A DNA stretch of 64,000 bases from an uncultured Calditrichaceae bacterium (GCA_964624795.1 CAZUZS010000001.1:57260-121259), one strand, 5' to 3'. Shown: positions 19,605 to 31,072, numbered from the stretch's first letter. Numbers and translations are program-made. Notes: generated by a model from the letters alone, not told the origin.

Positions 19605-19916
19605 TTAATCGTTCTCTAAGGGGAGTTTCAAAATATCTTTCAGTAGCTTCCCTGGTTTGAAGTGCGTCTTCCGCCGAGCCGGTACGTAGATAATCTCGCC
19701 GGTTCGGGGATTTCGGGCCTTGGGCTTGGGTTTCGTTTCCTTAACCTCAAAGACGCCGAAATCACGAATCTCAATCCGTATTTCCGGATTTGCCTCGCTC
19801 AATATTTCCCGCAAGGCCTCAAAAGATGCGTTCACAAATTCCTCAGTAATGTAGATCTTCTGCCCCAATTTTTTCGCAACCCGTTTGGCAACTTCTTTTT
19901 TGGTAACAGTTCTCAT
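19605..19916 (-). CDS. HU/IHF family DNA-binding protein
   Basis: 'MRTVTKKEVAKRVAKKLG...RNPRTGEIIYVPARR' shows the HU-family DNA-binding arm. Confidence 0.85.
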   Translation of the reverse strand: MRTVTKKEVAKRVAKKLGQKIYITEEFVNASFEALREILSEANPEIRIEIRDFGVFEVKETKPKPKARNPRTGEIIYVPARRKTHFKPGKLLKDILKLPLEND

Positions 19917-20018
19917 ACACAACACCTCGCTAAATCACCATAGTCAATAACTTGTTATTTTTGTAAAATTTAATCGGCGATTCTGTGCATTGCAAGAAAA
20001 AAATTGTTAAATTTATGA

Positions 20019-22079
20019 TTAATAATCAGTAAGGGAATTTAAAATCGTGAACCCGGTTTTACGATGTGTCTGTGTGCCGCCAATATCATCCTTAACATCA
20101 ATTTCCAACACATATTCCCCGGGAGTAAGGTTTTTTATATCCATGGATTGAACGACAAAATCGGTGCTCTTTTTTCCGGTGTAATCATTAACAATGCTGA
20201 CCTTTTGCTTATCTTTTCCGAAAATGGAACCGAGGATACCGCCGCCGCTCCGCGGCGTAACCGAATTGACCACAGTATAATTCACACTTCCGTCCGCATC
20301 GGGAAGCAGATTATATATTTCGAAGTATATGAAGAGTGTATCTTCCCGGCTGTAATTTTGTTCGATGTTGGGAAGAATGAACAGGCCATTTCGAACCAGA
20401 TTGCCCGGTTTCCGGGCGGGATAAACGCGGCGGGCAAGCAACAGATCCGACACCAGCAACGAATCTTTATCAAAATCAGGGACATCCAATGTTTGCCGGT
20501 CCACAAAATCTTTGTCGAGAGTTTTATTGAGTAATTCGAATGAATACTTGTAATGTCCGGGTTGGAAGCGCAAAGTCAAAGTATTAACCGCAAAACTATC
20601 GATTCTATTTTCCGCAGGTTTGCCGAAATCCAGTTGCAGGGTTTGCTGGAAATTATATGCCGGCAGGTTGCTGTCGTTAAGGAAGAAAAAGCCGGCTTGG
20701 AATTGCTGCTGCGGCTCATAAAGTTCTTCTTCAGCCGGAACAGCATAAGTCAGCAAGCCTTCGGAGCCTTTTTCTCCTTTAAAATATGTGATGCGGTATG
20801 GCGCCGAAAATTTCCCTCCCGGCAATTCAAAATCGAATGTCTGTGGATAGGTTTGAAAAACATTTTCCGCAACCAGTGTGAAATTGACATTGGTGCGTTC
20901 TTTAAACCGGGAAGTGGTGCTGAGGGTCGGCTCGGTAAAACGGTACTCCCCATTCCAGAATTCATCGGTAAAGGCCAACTGAAATTTGGGGTAATTCCAG
21001 ACCTGCATGGGAGAATAGATCGCATTCGGCTCGATGGTCTTGCCATATTCAAAAATGTATGTCGGCTTCCCGTAGCGAATATAGGTTTTGCCACGGTCGG
21101 TTTGCCAGCCTTCAATATTCAGCCGCGGGATCCCGAATCGTAGATTGGCGTAAGCTACCCGCCCGTAGTGTTCCAGCAGGCGTTCGTTTTCTTTTGTCAG
21201 AAACATCGGGTCTTTTTCTTTCCAGTAACCGACAATTTCCGAATCGCTTTCAACAATGTCCTTTTTATCTTTGATCAGGTATTCGGGATTCATGAACAAC
21301 TTCTTTTCTTCTCCCGACATTTGCTTCAGGGCATTTTGGAAATAGCGGTTCGCCTCCTCATAATTGTGTTCCCCAAGATAGGCCAAGCCCATGAACAAGT
21401 TCAAATCTTTGTCGTCCGGATACTTTTCGAGCATGTCGTCGAAAAGGGAGATCATGGAATTGTAATCTTCCAGTTCATAATGCAGGCTGCCTAAAATGTA
21501 AGCCGCGCGCTGATTGCCGGGATCATATTTCAAAGCACTGTGCAGGTAACTCACCCCCAGATCATAATCCTCCAGCGCATAATCCCGGTAAGACAACGGC
21601 ACGCTGGTATCCGAGATGCGGTTGTAGTAACCCAGCATATCATGAAGGTAATTATCGCCAAGCTCAACGTAGGCATCCACAAATTTGGGGTCCTGCTTGA
21701 TGGCTTTCAAAAAATATTTGCGGGCAGTCGATGGTCTTCTCTGTGCTTTAAAAAGCAATCCTTGTGCGTAATTGCCAAAGCTGTCATCGGAAAGCCTCGA
21801 ACCATATCGATCTATAATTTCGGATGCTTTGATTCGATTTTGGACGGTTGGCTCGTTGAGCAGCAGCAAGCCATTTATCAGGTTGGCAGTGGGATTTTGC
21901 GGGTCGTCCTGAAGGAGGAGACGGGCTGCAATGCCGGCCTCATTTATTTCGCCCCGTAAAAAATAATTCCGTGCGGATTCGGCCAGATTTTTGCCTGAAT
22001 GGTTCTGGGCGGCTAAGCTGCCGCTCAACAGAATCTGACAGCAGAATGACAGGAATATTATGAAAATATGGCGAGACAT
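20019..22079 (-). CDS. Secreted TPR-repeat protein with a C-terminal GWxTD domain
   Basis: Signal peptide, TPR repeats, then 'EGWQTDRGKTYIRYGKPTYIFE' (GWxTD motif). Confidence 0.65.
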   Translation of the reverse strand: MSRHIFIIFLSFCCQILLSGSLAAQNHSGKNLAESARNYFLRGEINEAGIAARLLLQDDPQNPTANLINGLLLLNEPTVQNRIKASEIIDRYGSRLSDDSFGNYAQGLLFKAQRRPSTARKYFLKAIKQDPKFVDAYVELGDNYLHDMLGYYNRISDTSVPLSYRDYALEDYDLGVSYLHSALKYDPGNQRAAYILGSLHYELEDYNSMISLFDDMLEKYPDDKDLNLFMGLAYLGEHNYEEANRYFQNALKQMSGEEKKLFMNPEYLIKDKKDIVESDSEIVGYWKEKDPMFLTKENERLLEHYGRVAYANLRFGIPRLNIEGWQTDRGKTYIRYGKPTYIFEYGKTIEPNAIYSPMQVWNYPKFQLAFTDEFWNGEYRFTEPTLSTTSRFKERTNVNFTLVAENVFQTYPQTFDFELPGGKFSAPYRITYFKGEKGSEGLLTYAVPAEEELYEPQQQFQAGFFFLNDSNLPAYNFQQTLQLDFGKPAENRIDSFAVNTLTLRFQPGHYKYSFELLNKTLDKDFVDRQTLDVPDFDKDSLLVSDLLLARRVYPARKPGNLVRNGLFILPNIEQNYSREDTLFIYFEIYNLLPDADGSVNYTVVNSVTPRSGGGILGSIFGKDKQKVSIVNDYTGKKSTDFVVQSMDIKNLTPGEYVLEIDVKDDIGGTQTHRKTGFTILNSLTDY

Positions 22080-22087
22080 TATTTTCC

Positions 22088-24685
22088 TCAGGAATCGCTC
22101 TTTATCATTTCTTTCAACTCATTGAGCTTCAAAAGCGCTTCCAGCGGCGTCAATTTGTCAATGTCCATCTTTTCCAGTTCTTTCTCCACATGGGACTTAC
22201 TCAAAAGATCCAGCAGGTTGAGTTGATTCTTATCCACTGACGACCCCGACCGCCGGTGCGCAATTCGCGGAAAGCGGTTGGGAGACATTTCATTGGCTTC
22301 CAGGTTGTGAAGCACTTCCCGGGCGCGCTCAATGACTTCCGGCGGCAAGCCGGCCATCTGGGCAACATGCACGCCGTAGCTATTATCAATACCGCCCTGC
22401 TCTATCTTACGCAGAAAAATCACCGAATCTTCAACTTCCTTCACCGTTACACGGAAATTTTTTATCCGGGGATAAAGCACTTCCAGTTCGGTCAGCTCGT
22501 GGTAGTGTGTCGCGAACAGTGTTTTGGCCGCCACATTTTTATTGTTGTGAAGAAATTCGGTAACTGACCAGGCGATGGATAAGCCATCGTAGGTGGATGT
22601 GCCGCGACCAATCTCATCCAGGATAATCAGGCTTTGGGGCGTTGCGTTGTTCAGAATGTTGGCGGTTTCCAGCATTTCCACCAGGAAGGTGCTCTCGCCA
22701 AACGCCAGGTTATCGGAAGCACCGACCCGGGTGAAGATGCGGTCCACCACGCCCAGCCGCACTTCTTCGGCGGGAACAAAGCTGCCGATCTGCGCCATAA
22801 GGCAGATGAGCCCAACCTGCCGCAGGTAAGTTGATTTTCCAGACATATTCGGTCCGGTTAAAATAATAATCTGGGTTGAATTATTCTCCAGCCTTGTCTC
22901 GTTATCGATAAACGGTTCGTCGGGCGGGAGAAGCTGCTCCACCACCGGGTGCCGCCCGCCTTTTATTTCAATCAGGGTGGAATCGTCCACAAGCGGCCGG
23001 ACATACTTGTTTCGCGCCGCGACTTCCCCCAGCCCTGCCAGGCAATCCAGGCGGGCAATCAATTCCGCATTCTTGCGGATGGCCGGTCCGAAGCCCGCGA
23101 CCCGTTCCCGAATATCCTGAAAAATGCCGTATTCCAACTCTCCGATTTTGTCTTCTGCCCCTAAAATCTTTTCTTCGTACTCCTTCAGCGCCGGTGTGAT
23201 GTAACGTTCAGCGTTCACCAGTGTCTGCTTACGGATAAAATAATCGGGCACCTTGTCCTGATGAGATTTGGTGACTTCAAAATAGTAACCAAAAACTTTG
23301 TTGTAACCCAGCTTTAGTGCGGCAATCCCCGATTTTTCCCGCTCTTCCTGCTGAATCTTAATCAGCCAGTTTTTTCCCTCGCGGCTGATTTCCCGCAGCT
23401 CGTCCAACTCTGCATGATATCCGTCTTTGACGATGCCACCCTCCTTCAGCGTCAACGGCGGATCATCCCGGATGGCCGCGTCCAGAAGTGCGATAACCTC
23501 GTTCTGTATCTCTATTTCGTCGATGAATGATGTCAGCGCCGCATTGCTTTGCGATTGCAGCAGCTCCACTACCGGTTGTACCAGCTTTAGGGAATTCTTC
23601 AATACCACCAAGTCGCGCGGAGTGGCGCGGCCGGTGGAGATCCGCCCCAACAGCCGCTCCAGGTCGGCGATCTCTCCCATCACTTCCCGTAATTTTTCGC
23701 GCAGCGCAGTCTGCTGAAAAAAAGCATCCACCCTTTCCAGCCGTTCGTGAATGAGGGGAAGACGCACCAGCGGGTGTGTAATCCAGCGTTTCAACATCCG
23801 TCCCCCCATGGCGGTCACGGTTTTATCCAGGATCGAGATCAGCGTGCCTTCCTTCCCCTGCCCAAAAATGGTGCTGGTAATCTCGAGATTACGCCGGGTG
23901 GTGGTATCCAGCGTCATGAAATCGTCCAGGGACAGAAAGGAAATGCGCGAGAGGTGCGAAATCCTGCTCCGGTAATTCTCCTTTACATAGTGAAGAATAG
24001 CACCGGCGGCAATCACGCCGAGAGCTAATTCCTCAATCCCGAAGCCTTTAAGGTTGGGTGTTTTGAAATGCTGCCGAAGCGTTTCATACCCATATGTCCG
24101 GTTAAAAATCCAGTCGTCCAGCTTGCTGATAATACCTTCCAGCCGCCCATGAAACAGGGAGACGAAATCTTCATAATTGTTGGCAGCCACCAGGATTTCT
24201 TTGGGCGCAATTTGCTGAAAATAATCCAGCATTCGTTCCGGGGACACCTCGCTTACAAAGAATTCGCCGGTGGAAATATCGCAGTAGGCGATGCCGCTAC
24301 GATTTGCATCCACGCACACCGCTGCCAGGTAGTTGTTGGATTTGTTCTCCAGGATTTTATCGGAGAGCGTTGTCCCCGGCGTGACCACTTCGATCACTTC
24401 CCGCTTCACCACCGTTTTGGCCAATTTGGGATCTTCCACCTGCTCGCAAATCGCCACTTTATGCCCGGATTGAATCAGTTTTGGCAGGTAGGCATCCAGC
24501 GCATGGTAGGGAAAGCCGGCCAGCGGAACCTGGGCGGTCTTCCCGTGCGAACGCTTGGTCAGCGCGATGCCCAGCACCTTGCTGATTGTTTTGGCATCTT
24601 CATAAAAGGTTTCATAAAAATCCCCCATGCGATAAAGGAGAATCACTTCCTGGTATTTAGCCTTTATCGCCAGATACTGCTCCAT
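22088..24685 (-). CDS. mutS: DNA mismatch repair protein MutS
   Basis: 'TPLMEQYLAIKAKY...GDFYETFYEDA', Walker A 'GPNMSGKSTYLRQ'. The ATG at 24685 is preferred; the ORF is open upstream to 24865, with a possible GTG at 24727. Confidence 0.9.
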   Translation of the reverse strand: MEQYLAIKAKYQEVILLYRMGDFYETFYEDAKTISKVLGIALTKRSHGKTAQVPLAGFPYHALDAYLPKLIQSGHKVAICEQVEDPKLAKTVVKREVIEVVTPGTTLSDKILENKSNNYLAAVCVDANRSGIAYCDISTGEFFVSEVSPERMLDYFQQIAPKEILVAANNYEDFVSLFHGRLEGIISKLDDWIFNRTYGYETLRQHFKTPNLKGFGIEELALGVIAAGAILHYVKENYRSRISHLSRISFLSLDDFMTLDTTTRRNLEITSTIFGQGKEGTLISILDKTVTAMGGRMLKRWITHPLVRLPLIHERLERVDAFFQQTALREKLREVMGEIADLERLLGRISTGRATPRDLVVLKNSLKLVQPVVELLQSQSNAALTSFIDEIEIQNEVIALLDAAIRDDPPLTLKEGGIVKDGYHAELDELREISREGKNWLIKIQQEEREKSGIAALKLGYNKVFGYYFEVTKSHQDKVPDYFIRKQTLVNAERYITPALKEYEEKILGAEDKIGELEYGIFQDIRERVAGFGPAIRKNAELIARLDCLAGLGEVAARNKYVRPLVDDSTLIEIKGGRHPVVEQLLPPDEPFIDNETRLENNSTQIIILTGPNMSGKSTYLRQVGLICLMAQIGSFVPAEEVRLGVVDRIFTRVGASDNLAFGESTFLVEMLETANILNNATPQSLIILDEIGRGTSTYDGLSIAWSVTEFLHNNKNVAAKTLFATHYHELTELEVLYPRIKNFRVTVKEVEDSVIFLRKIEQGGIDNSYGVHVAQMAGLPPEVIERAREVLHNLEANEMSPNRFPRIAHRRSGSSVDKNQLNLLDLLSKSHVEKELEKMDIDKLTPLEALLKLNELKEMIKSDS

Positions 24686-25003
24686 GAGGGGAGTTGTTGA
24701 ATTTGTGCTTTGCTTCGTTTTGGCCACTTTCCTTCTCAAACCGGTTTCAAATCTTTGCGCCAAAATAAAAACAATTTGCAGGTAATTCAACTTCTTAAAT
24801 TGATAGGAACTTCGGCATAAGGAAAGTAGAAACTGGACCATCGTGCGGATTTTAACGGAAATCAAAATCAGATATGCTACAGTTACTACCCGAAAGACTT
24901 CACTCGCGGGTGGGATGATTCGGATCGGCCAGTTTCCTTTAGCTTTATTTTAACCTCAACCCTTTCCCCCGATGAGCTTGAAAAGTAGCCAGGATTCTCT
25001 CTG

Positions 25004-25040
25004 CCCCTTCCCCTTCTCCAACGTGGAGAAGGGGAAGGGG
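25004..25040. repeat. Perfect 17-bp inverted repeat (ccccttccccttctcca-acg-tggagaaggggaagggg) in the mutS/tolC divergent intergenic region
   Basis: Directly visible palindrome with a 3-nt spacer, about 355 bp upstream of the tolC start. Confidence 0.9.
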
Positions 25041-25396
25041 ATTTTGAAAGGCTTGATAAGGAATATTGACCGGGGGATGGGGATGAGGTCGAAATTATGT
25101 CGCCCGAAATCCATCCAGATAATTACACGTACCAATCAGCGAGATCTTACCACTCCCCTTCATTTTTTCTTCATTTGGAAAGGATATTTTCGCCACCGTG
25201 GAAGAATAATTTGAATCTGATTCCACAAAAGGGGAATGAAATTCTGCTCCCCATCAACAATAAACAGGGTTGGTCATAATTTCGTTTTTGGGGGAGGGAG
25301 ATTTGCATTTAATGCTGACCAAAAAATCTTTCCAAAAAGAATATCACCACAGTTTTCAACCTTTTGTCATGACAGCGACTAATTGAGGACATCCAA

Positions 25397-26770
25397 ATGC
25401 ATCATATTAAAATGAATATCCTGGGCAACTCGGCTATCTTTTTTCTTTTATGTTCAGGAATTTTTATCTCCGGCTTTGCGCAATCCCCGGCGGACACGCT
25501 GCGGTTGACCCTGGACAAGGCAATTGAAATCGCCCTGAAAAACAACCAGGATGTGCTAATTGCCAGGGAGGAGGTAGACAACGCGCACCAGCAGATTCGC
25601 GCCGCCTATGCCGGGGTTATGCCTCAATTTTCGGTCTCCGGGCAATACGAGCGGAATATAAAACTTCCTGTTCTGTTTATTCCTCCCAATTCGCCGTTTA
25701 ACCCCACCAACCAGACACAGACTATTTCGCTGGGAGCCAACAACAATTACAGCGCATCGCTCTATGTGCATCAAACGATTTTTGATCCCAGGATCGGGAC
25801 TGCGATCCAGATTGCCAAAAGATACGGCAACTATTCCAAACTGGGCTCCCGCTCTACCCGGCAGGATGTGGAATTGAGCGTTAAAAAAGCCTTCTACGGA
25901 ATCCTGCTTCAGCAAAAAATGGTGACGGTGATGCAGCAGAGTTACAACCTGACCCGGGCGAATCTGGAAAATGTGCAGGCATTATATAAGGAAGGAACGT
26001 CGTCCGAATACGATTTGCTGCGCGCGCAGGTGCAGGTAGCAAACAGTGAGCCGCCGCTAATCCAGGCGCAGAACAATCTGGAGCTGGCGGTCACCAATCT
26101 AAAGAATCTGCTGGCGCTGAAACTGGATCAGCCGCTAAAAGCGGAAGGAGAATTTCGTTTCGAGCAAATTCCGCCGGAGGAAATGGAAGCCGCCAGCACC
26201 GCGGCGCTGCTTTCCAACCCGGATATCCTGCAGCTCAAGGTGCAGAAATCCATTTTGGAAAAAAAGATTACCGTGCAGCGCGCGGAATATTTTCCCAGCC
26301 TGTCGGCATTCGGCACCTACCAGTATCAGACCCAGGACAACTCGTTCAACTTCAATAATTACAAATGGGTCAACACATTTGCCGCCGGCCTTCAACTGTC
26401 GTTTACGCTGTTTGACGGATTCAACCGGGCGGCGCAGGTGCAGCAGGCCGAAATCGGCGTCCGGAAACTGGATTTTTCGCTGCAAAAGGCGGAAGATGGA
26501 CTGAAGATTCAAATTCTGCAGGCGCAGATGAACATGCAGGAGGCCAAAAAACGGATTTTTGCCCAGCAGCAAAGCCTGGGGCAGGCTGCGAAAGCGGTGC
26601 AAATTGCCGGCACCCGCTACAAAAGCGGGGTGGGGACGCAACTGGAACTGTTAGACAGCCAGACCGCGTTGACCCAGGCACGCACCAATTACACTAAAGC
26701 GATCTACGATTATCTCATTGCCAAATCGGAATGGGAACGGCTGGTCAGCTATTATCCGGAGACGGAGTAA
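25397..26770 (+). CDS. tolC: TolC-family outer membrane efflux protein
   Basis: Signal peptide and length typical of outer-membrane efflux proteins. Confidence 0.8.
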   Translation: MHHIKMNILGNSAIFFLLCSGIFISGFAQSPADTLRLTLDKAIEIALKNNQDVLIAREEVDNAHQQIRAAYAGVMPQFSVSGQYERNIKLPVLFIPPNSPFNPTNQTQTISLGANNNYSASLYVHQTIFDPRIGTAIQIAKRYGNYSKLGSRSTRQDVELSVKKAFYGILLQQKMVTVMQQSYNLTRANLENVQALYKEGTSSEYDLLRAQVQVANSEPPLIQAQNNLELAVTNLKNLLALKLDQPLKAEGEFRFEQIPPEEMEAASTAALLSNPDILQLKVQKSILEKKITVQRAEYFPSLSAFGTYQYQTQDNSFNFNNYKWVNTFAAGLQLSFTLFDGFNRAAQVQQAEIGVRKLDFSLQKAEDGLKIQILQAQMNMQEAKKRIFAQQQSLGQAAKAVQIAGTRYKSGVGTQLELLDSQTALTQARTNYTKAIYDYLIAKSEWERLVSYYPETE

Positions 26771-26821
26771 ATGATTCCATCAGTCAGAAATAATCAACAT
26801 ATAATAAAGAGGCATCGGTTC

Positions 26822-27910
26822 ATGAAAATTTTTACCCCCACAAGACTCATACTGCCGGTTATTGCATTTTTATTATTAGCGGGATGCGGTTCGAAGAAAT
26901 CGTCCGAAGACCAGGCTGCTCCGAAAACGATCACCGATTCCATCGCGGTTCAAAGCAAAAGAGTGGAACTGCAGACCATCAGAATATCCAAGAACTTTCC
27001 CGGCTCGCTGGAAGGCGAGGAACAGGCCAACATCGTCGCCAAAATCTCGGAGCGGATTACGGCAATAAAGGTGCAGGTTGGTGATATGGTCAGCGACAGC
27101 CAGTTAGTGTTAACGCTGGATAAATCGGGCGCATCGTCCCAGTATTACCAGGCGGACGCCAACTACCGGAATGCGAAGAAGAACTACGAACGTATGCAAT
27201 CGCTGCTGGCGGAAGGGGCTATTTCTCAGCAGGCGCTGGACGGCGCTCGCACCAGCTACGAAGTTGCCCAGGCAAATTTTGAGGCGGCCAAAAGCGCGGT
27301 GGATCTGATAGCGCCCATCGCCGGTATCGTTACCGCGGTTAATGTCAATGTCGGCGATTTATCGACCCCCGGCAGTCCGCTGGTAACCCTGGCCAGGATC
27401 AATAAAATGAAAGCAACTTTTACTGCCGGGGAATCGGATATTGAAGAAATGTATATCGGCCAGCCGGTGAAAATCTACTCGGAGTCCCGGCCGGACTTAA
27501 TAAAGGAAGGAAAAATTGTCGAAATTTCACAATCGGCGGATGTGCATTCCCGGATGTTTGAGGTGAAGGCGCTGTTTGACAATACGCCCGACAAATGGTT
27601 CAAGCCCGGAATGTTTGTCGATGCGGAAGTGCTAATCGTCAACCAGCAAAACGTTCTGGCGATTCCCAATCCCGCCATTACTCAAACCGATCAGAATTCC
27701 TACGTTTTCGTGATCAAAAATAATGTTGCCCATAAAACATTTGTGCAAACCGGGCCCACCAACGGAGAGATCACCGAGATTATAAGCGGTTTGCGCAAAG
27801 GCGAGGATGTTGTTGTTCAGGGTATGAACAACCTGCAGGACGGCAGCACGGTAAAGATTTACAATCCGAAAGGGAATGAAGAAGAACCGATCTCAGGGAG
27901 TAATCAATGA
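26822..27910 (+). CDS. Efflux RND transporter periplasmic adaptor subunit (HlyD/MFP family)
   Basis: Lipoprotein signal 'LLLAGCGSKK'; HlyD-type lipoyl/barrel segments. The ORF track starts at 26771; the internal Met is preferred. Confidence 0.8.
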   Translation: MKIFTPTRLILPVIAFLLLAGCGSKKSSEDQAAPKTITDSIAVQSKRVELQTIRISKNFPGSLEGEEQANIVAKISERITAIKVQVGDMVSDSQLVLTLDKSGASSQYYQADANYRNAKKNYERMQSLLAEGAISQQALDGARTSYEVAQANFEAAKSAVDLIAPIAGIVTAVNVNVGDLSTPGSPLVTLARINKMKATFTAGESDIEEMYIGQPVKIYSESRPDLIKEGKIVEISQSADVHSRMFEVKALFDNTPDKWFKPGMFVDAEVLIVNQQNVLAIPNPAITQTDQNSYVFVIKNNVAHKTFVQTGPTNGEITEIISGLRKGEDVVVQGMNNLQDGSTVKIYNPKGNEEEPISGSNQ

Positions 27911-30900
27911 AATTAGCCGATGTATCGATAAAGCGCCCTGTTTTTGCCACAATGATGATTATGGCCCTGCTGGTGTTGGGTCTTTTCGCCTTCACCAAAT
28001 TGAATGTGGAACAATATCCCAACGTGGATTTGCCGGTTTCGGCGGTAACCACCGTTTTACCAGGCGCCGGACCGGAACAGATTGAAACGGAGATTACCAA
28101 GCCCATCGAGGATGCCATCAACACCATCGGCGGCATCGACAATATTCAATCAATTTCGCAGGAAGGGGTGTCGATTGTCATCGTGCAATTCCACCTGGAA
28201 GTGAACGGGGTGCAGGCGGCGCAGGAAGTGCGGGACAAGGTTGCCAACATCCAGGCGCAGTTCCCGGACGGAACCAAAACGCCTGTCGTGCAGCGCTACG
28301 ATCCGGCCAGCCAACCGATCCTGATCCTGGCGGTCTCCGGTCCGGGGACGGAGAAGGAGGTCACTACTTTCACTAAGAATACAATCAAGCCGCGCCTGGA
28401 AAATGTGGAAAACGTGGGAACCGTAAACCTGGTGGGGGGCGCCGAGCGGGAAATCCGGATCGAGGTCGATCCTTCCCAACTGCAGGCATACAACCTGTCC
28501 ATTCAGGATGTGATTAATGCAGTGAGCGCTTCCAACGTGGAAATCCCGGCCGGAAACCTGATTCGGGGAAAGCGCCAATTGCTGTTGCGCACCATGGGAA
28601 AATTCAAAACAGTGGACGATTTCAACAAGGTGGTGGTTGCCACACCTGATAACCAGTTTGTTTATCTTTCGGACCTGGCGACCGTTATCGACGGCGTAAA
28701 GCAACAAAACAGTCTCACCCGCTTAAACGGCCAAACCGGGGTGGGCATCGAAATTTTAAAGCAGTCCGGCAGCAACACGGTGCGGGTAGCCAATGCGGTG
28801 AAGGCGGAAGTTGACCGCCTGAACAGTGAGATTCCGGCCGGCTATCATGTCGCGGTTGCTATCGATTACAGCACATTCATCAAACAGTCGGTAGACGATG
28901 TTCTGTTCGATATCATTTACGGCGGCTTCTTTGCCATTTTCATCATTTTCTTTTTCCTGGCGAATTTTCGCAGCACCATTATCAGCGGTATCGCCCTGCC
29001 CACTTCCATAATTGCCAGCTTTTTCTTTATGTATGTATTTCATTTTACCCTGAACGTGATGTCGCTGATGGCGCTTTCGCTGGCGGTAGGTTTTCTTATC
29101 GATGATGCCATTGTGGTCATCGAAAATATTTACCGCCACATGCAGCTCGGCGAATCGCCCCGCCAGGCGGCGCACAACGCCACCGATGAGATCGGGTTGG
29201 CGGTGATGGCCACTACTTTCACGGTGGTGGCGGTATTCGTTCCGGTGGCATTTATGCCAGGCATCATCGGTCGCTTTTTCTTCCAATTCGGGATCACGGT
29301 GACGGCAGCGGTGCTGGTTTCGCTTTTTGTGGCATTCAGTTTTACCCCCATGCTGTCTTCCCGCTGGCTGCGAAAGGAAGATGAAACCCTCACCAAGGAG
29401 GGAAGCTTTGTCCAGAGAATCCTTTACAACTTTCGCCGGTTTTTTGAATGGCTTAATGAGAAATATCGCGGCGCACTGCGCCGGGCACTCGACCATCGTA
29501 AGACGGTGGTGTTTGGCTCCTTTGCTATCTTCATCTTCAGCCTGTATTTGGGAAAATACGTCGGCGCCACGTTCTTCCCCCAGGAAGACCAGGGACAGCT
29601 TTCGGTGTCGGTAACCGCCGCCCCGGGAAGCTCACTGGAACAGACCAGCGCAATCTGCCGGCAAATTGAGCAGGCGGCGGAAAAACGACGTCCCATGGTG
29701 CAACTGGTTCTCACCACTATCGGCGAAGGCAACAATCCGGTCACAGAAGCGACCGTGTATGTAAAACTGGTGGACAAATCGCAGCGCGATGAGAGTGTTT
29801 TTCAAATTATGGACGACATGAGAAAAGAGCTTCGTTACATTTCCGGGGCCAACCTCAGCTTTAATCTGCCGGGCGGACCCGGTGGACCGCAAAAGCCGGT
29901 GCAAATCACGATTCGCGGCGAGAACCTGGATACGCTGCAGGTGTTAGCGAACCAGGTGGAGAGAATTGTGCAGAGCACGCCGGGCGCGGCAGACGTGGAA
30001 AACAGCCTGCAATTATCCAAGCCGGAAGTGCGAATCCGGGTGGAGCGCAACAAAGCATCCGACCTGGGGATCAACCCTCTGCTGGTGGCTGCCACGGTGC
30101 GTTCTATGGTGGACGGAACGGTGGCTACCCAGTTCCAGGGGGAGAAAGACCAGTACGACGTGCGGGTGAACCTGGTAAAAAAAGACCGCTCCAATATTAC
30201 CGATGTCTCGAGTTTTTACATCAAGAGCAACCACGTTCTGCCTAATGGGGAAAAGCTGGTGGTGCCGCTCAGCGCAGTCGCGGACATTTCGCAGGGCACC
30301 GGCCCGTCCGAAATAGACCGTTACAACCGGCAGCGCTCCATCACCATAAGCGCCAACCTGTTAGGCGGCGCCTTGTTGGGAAATGTTATCGGCAACATCC
30401 AAAGCGGAATGGCCGGTATTCAAAAACCGGCAGGATACTACATCCAGGTCATCGGGCAGGGAGAGACGCAGGCGCAGTCATTTGCCGATATTTTTATGGC
30501 GCTGGCCCTGGCGATGATATTTGTCTACATCGTGCTGGCTGCACAATTCGAAAGCTTCATTTACCCGTTGTCAATCATGCTGGCTTTGCCGATGGCTGTG
30601 GTCGGTGCCATCATCGCCCTGCTTATTTTCCATAGTGCATTTTCGGTGATGTCCATGATCGGCATTATCATGCTGATGGGGCTGGCAACGAAGAACGGCA
30701 TTCTGCTCGTGGATTACATAAACACCGGCAGATCGCGCGGCCTTGATCGCCGGGAAGCCATATTGCAGGCCGGGCCGGTGCGTCTGCGGCCCATCCTGAT
30801 GACCACCTTCGCCATTATTTTCGGCATGTTGCCCATTGTTTTCGCATTAGGACAGGGAAGCGAGTTTCGGGCGCCGATGGGCCAGGCGGTGATCGGCGGC

Positions 30901-31026
30901 CTGATCACTTCCACCCTGCTCACGCTGTTCGTTGTCCCGGTAGTTTACACTTACCTGGACGATTTTTCATTGCGGGGAATATTTCACTGGATCAAGCGGG
31001 TTATTTTTCGGGTGAAGGAGGGGTAA
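27907..31026 (+). CDS. Efflux RND transporter permease subunit (HAE1/AcrB-like)
   Basis: 1039 aa with the 12-TM AcrB architecture, e.g. '[18 protein letters not shown]'. ATGA overlap with the adaptor gene. Confidence 0.9.
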   Translation: MKLADVSIKRPVFATMMIMALLVLGLFAFTKLNVEQYPNVDLPVSAVTTVLPGAGPEQIETEITKPIEDAINTIGGIDNIQSISQEGVSIVIVQFHLEVNGVQAAQEVRDKVANIQAQFPDGTKTPVVQRYDPASQPILILAVSGPGTEKEVTTFTKNTIKPRLENVENVGTVNLVGGAEREIRIEVDPSQLQAYNLSIQDVINAVSASNVEIPAGNLIRGKRQLLLRTMGKFKTVDDFNKVVVATPDNQFVYLSDLATVIDGVKQQNSLTRLNGQTGVGIEILKQSGSNTVRVANAVKAEVDRLNSEIPAGYHVAVAIDYSTFIKQSVDDVLFDIIYGGFFAIFIIFFFLANFRSTIISGIALPTSIIASFFFMYVFHFTLNVMSLMALSLAVGFLIDDAIVVIENIYRHMQLGESPRQAAHNATDEIGLAVMATTFTVVAVFVPVAFMPGIIGRFFFQFGITVTAAVLVSLFVAFSFTPMLSSRWLRKEDETLTKEGSFVQRILYNFRRFFEWLNEKYRGALRRALDHRKTVVFGSFAIFIFSLYLGKYVGATFFPQEDQGQLSVSVTAAPGSSLEQTSAICRQIEQAAEKRRPMVQLVLTTIGEGNNPVTEATVYVKLVDKSQRDESVFQIMDDMRKELRYISGANLSFNLPGGPGGPQKPVQITIRGENLDTLQVLANQVERIVQSTPGAADVENSLQLSKPEVRIRVERNKASDLGINPLLVAATVRSMVDGTVATQFQGEKDQYDVRVNLVKKDRSNITDVSSFYIKSNHVLPNGEKLVVPLSAVADISQGTGPSEIDRYNRQRSITISANLLGGALLGNVIGNIQSGMAGIQKPAGYYIQVIGQGETQAQSFADIFMALALAMIFVYIVLAAQFESFIYPLSIMLALPMAVVGAIIALLIFHSAFSVMSMIGIIMLMGLATKNGILLVDYINTGRSRGLDRREAILQAGPVRLRPILMTTFAIIFGMLPIVFALGQGSEFRAPMGQAVIGGLITSTLLTLFVVPVVYTYLDDFSLRGIFHWIKRVIFRVKEG

Positions 31027-31072
31027 ACTTTTTAAACAGGAATATCTTTCCCAGAACCTGACGTAAGGGCAA

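Noticed and set aside
24068-24700. 210-aa plus-strand ORF
   Set aside because: It is antisense within mutS, so it is a shadow ORF.
28756-29496. 246-aa minus-strand ORF, His/Arg-rich
   Set aside because: It lies inside the RND permease gene on the opposite strand and has biased composition, so it is spurious.
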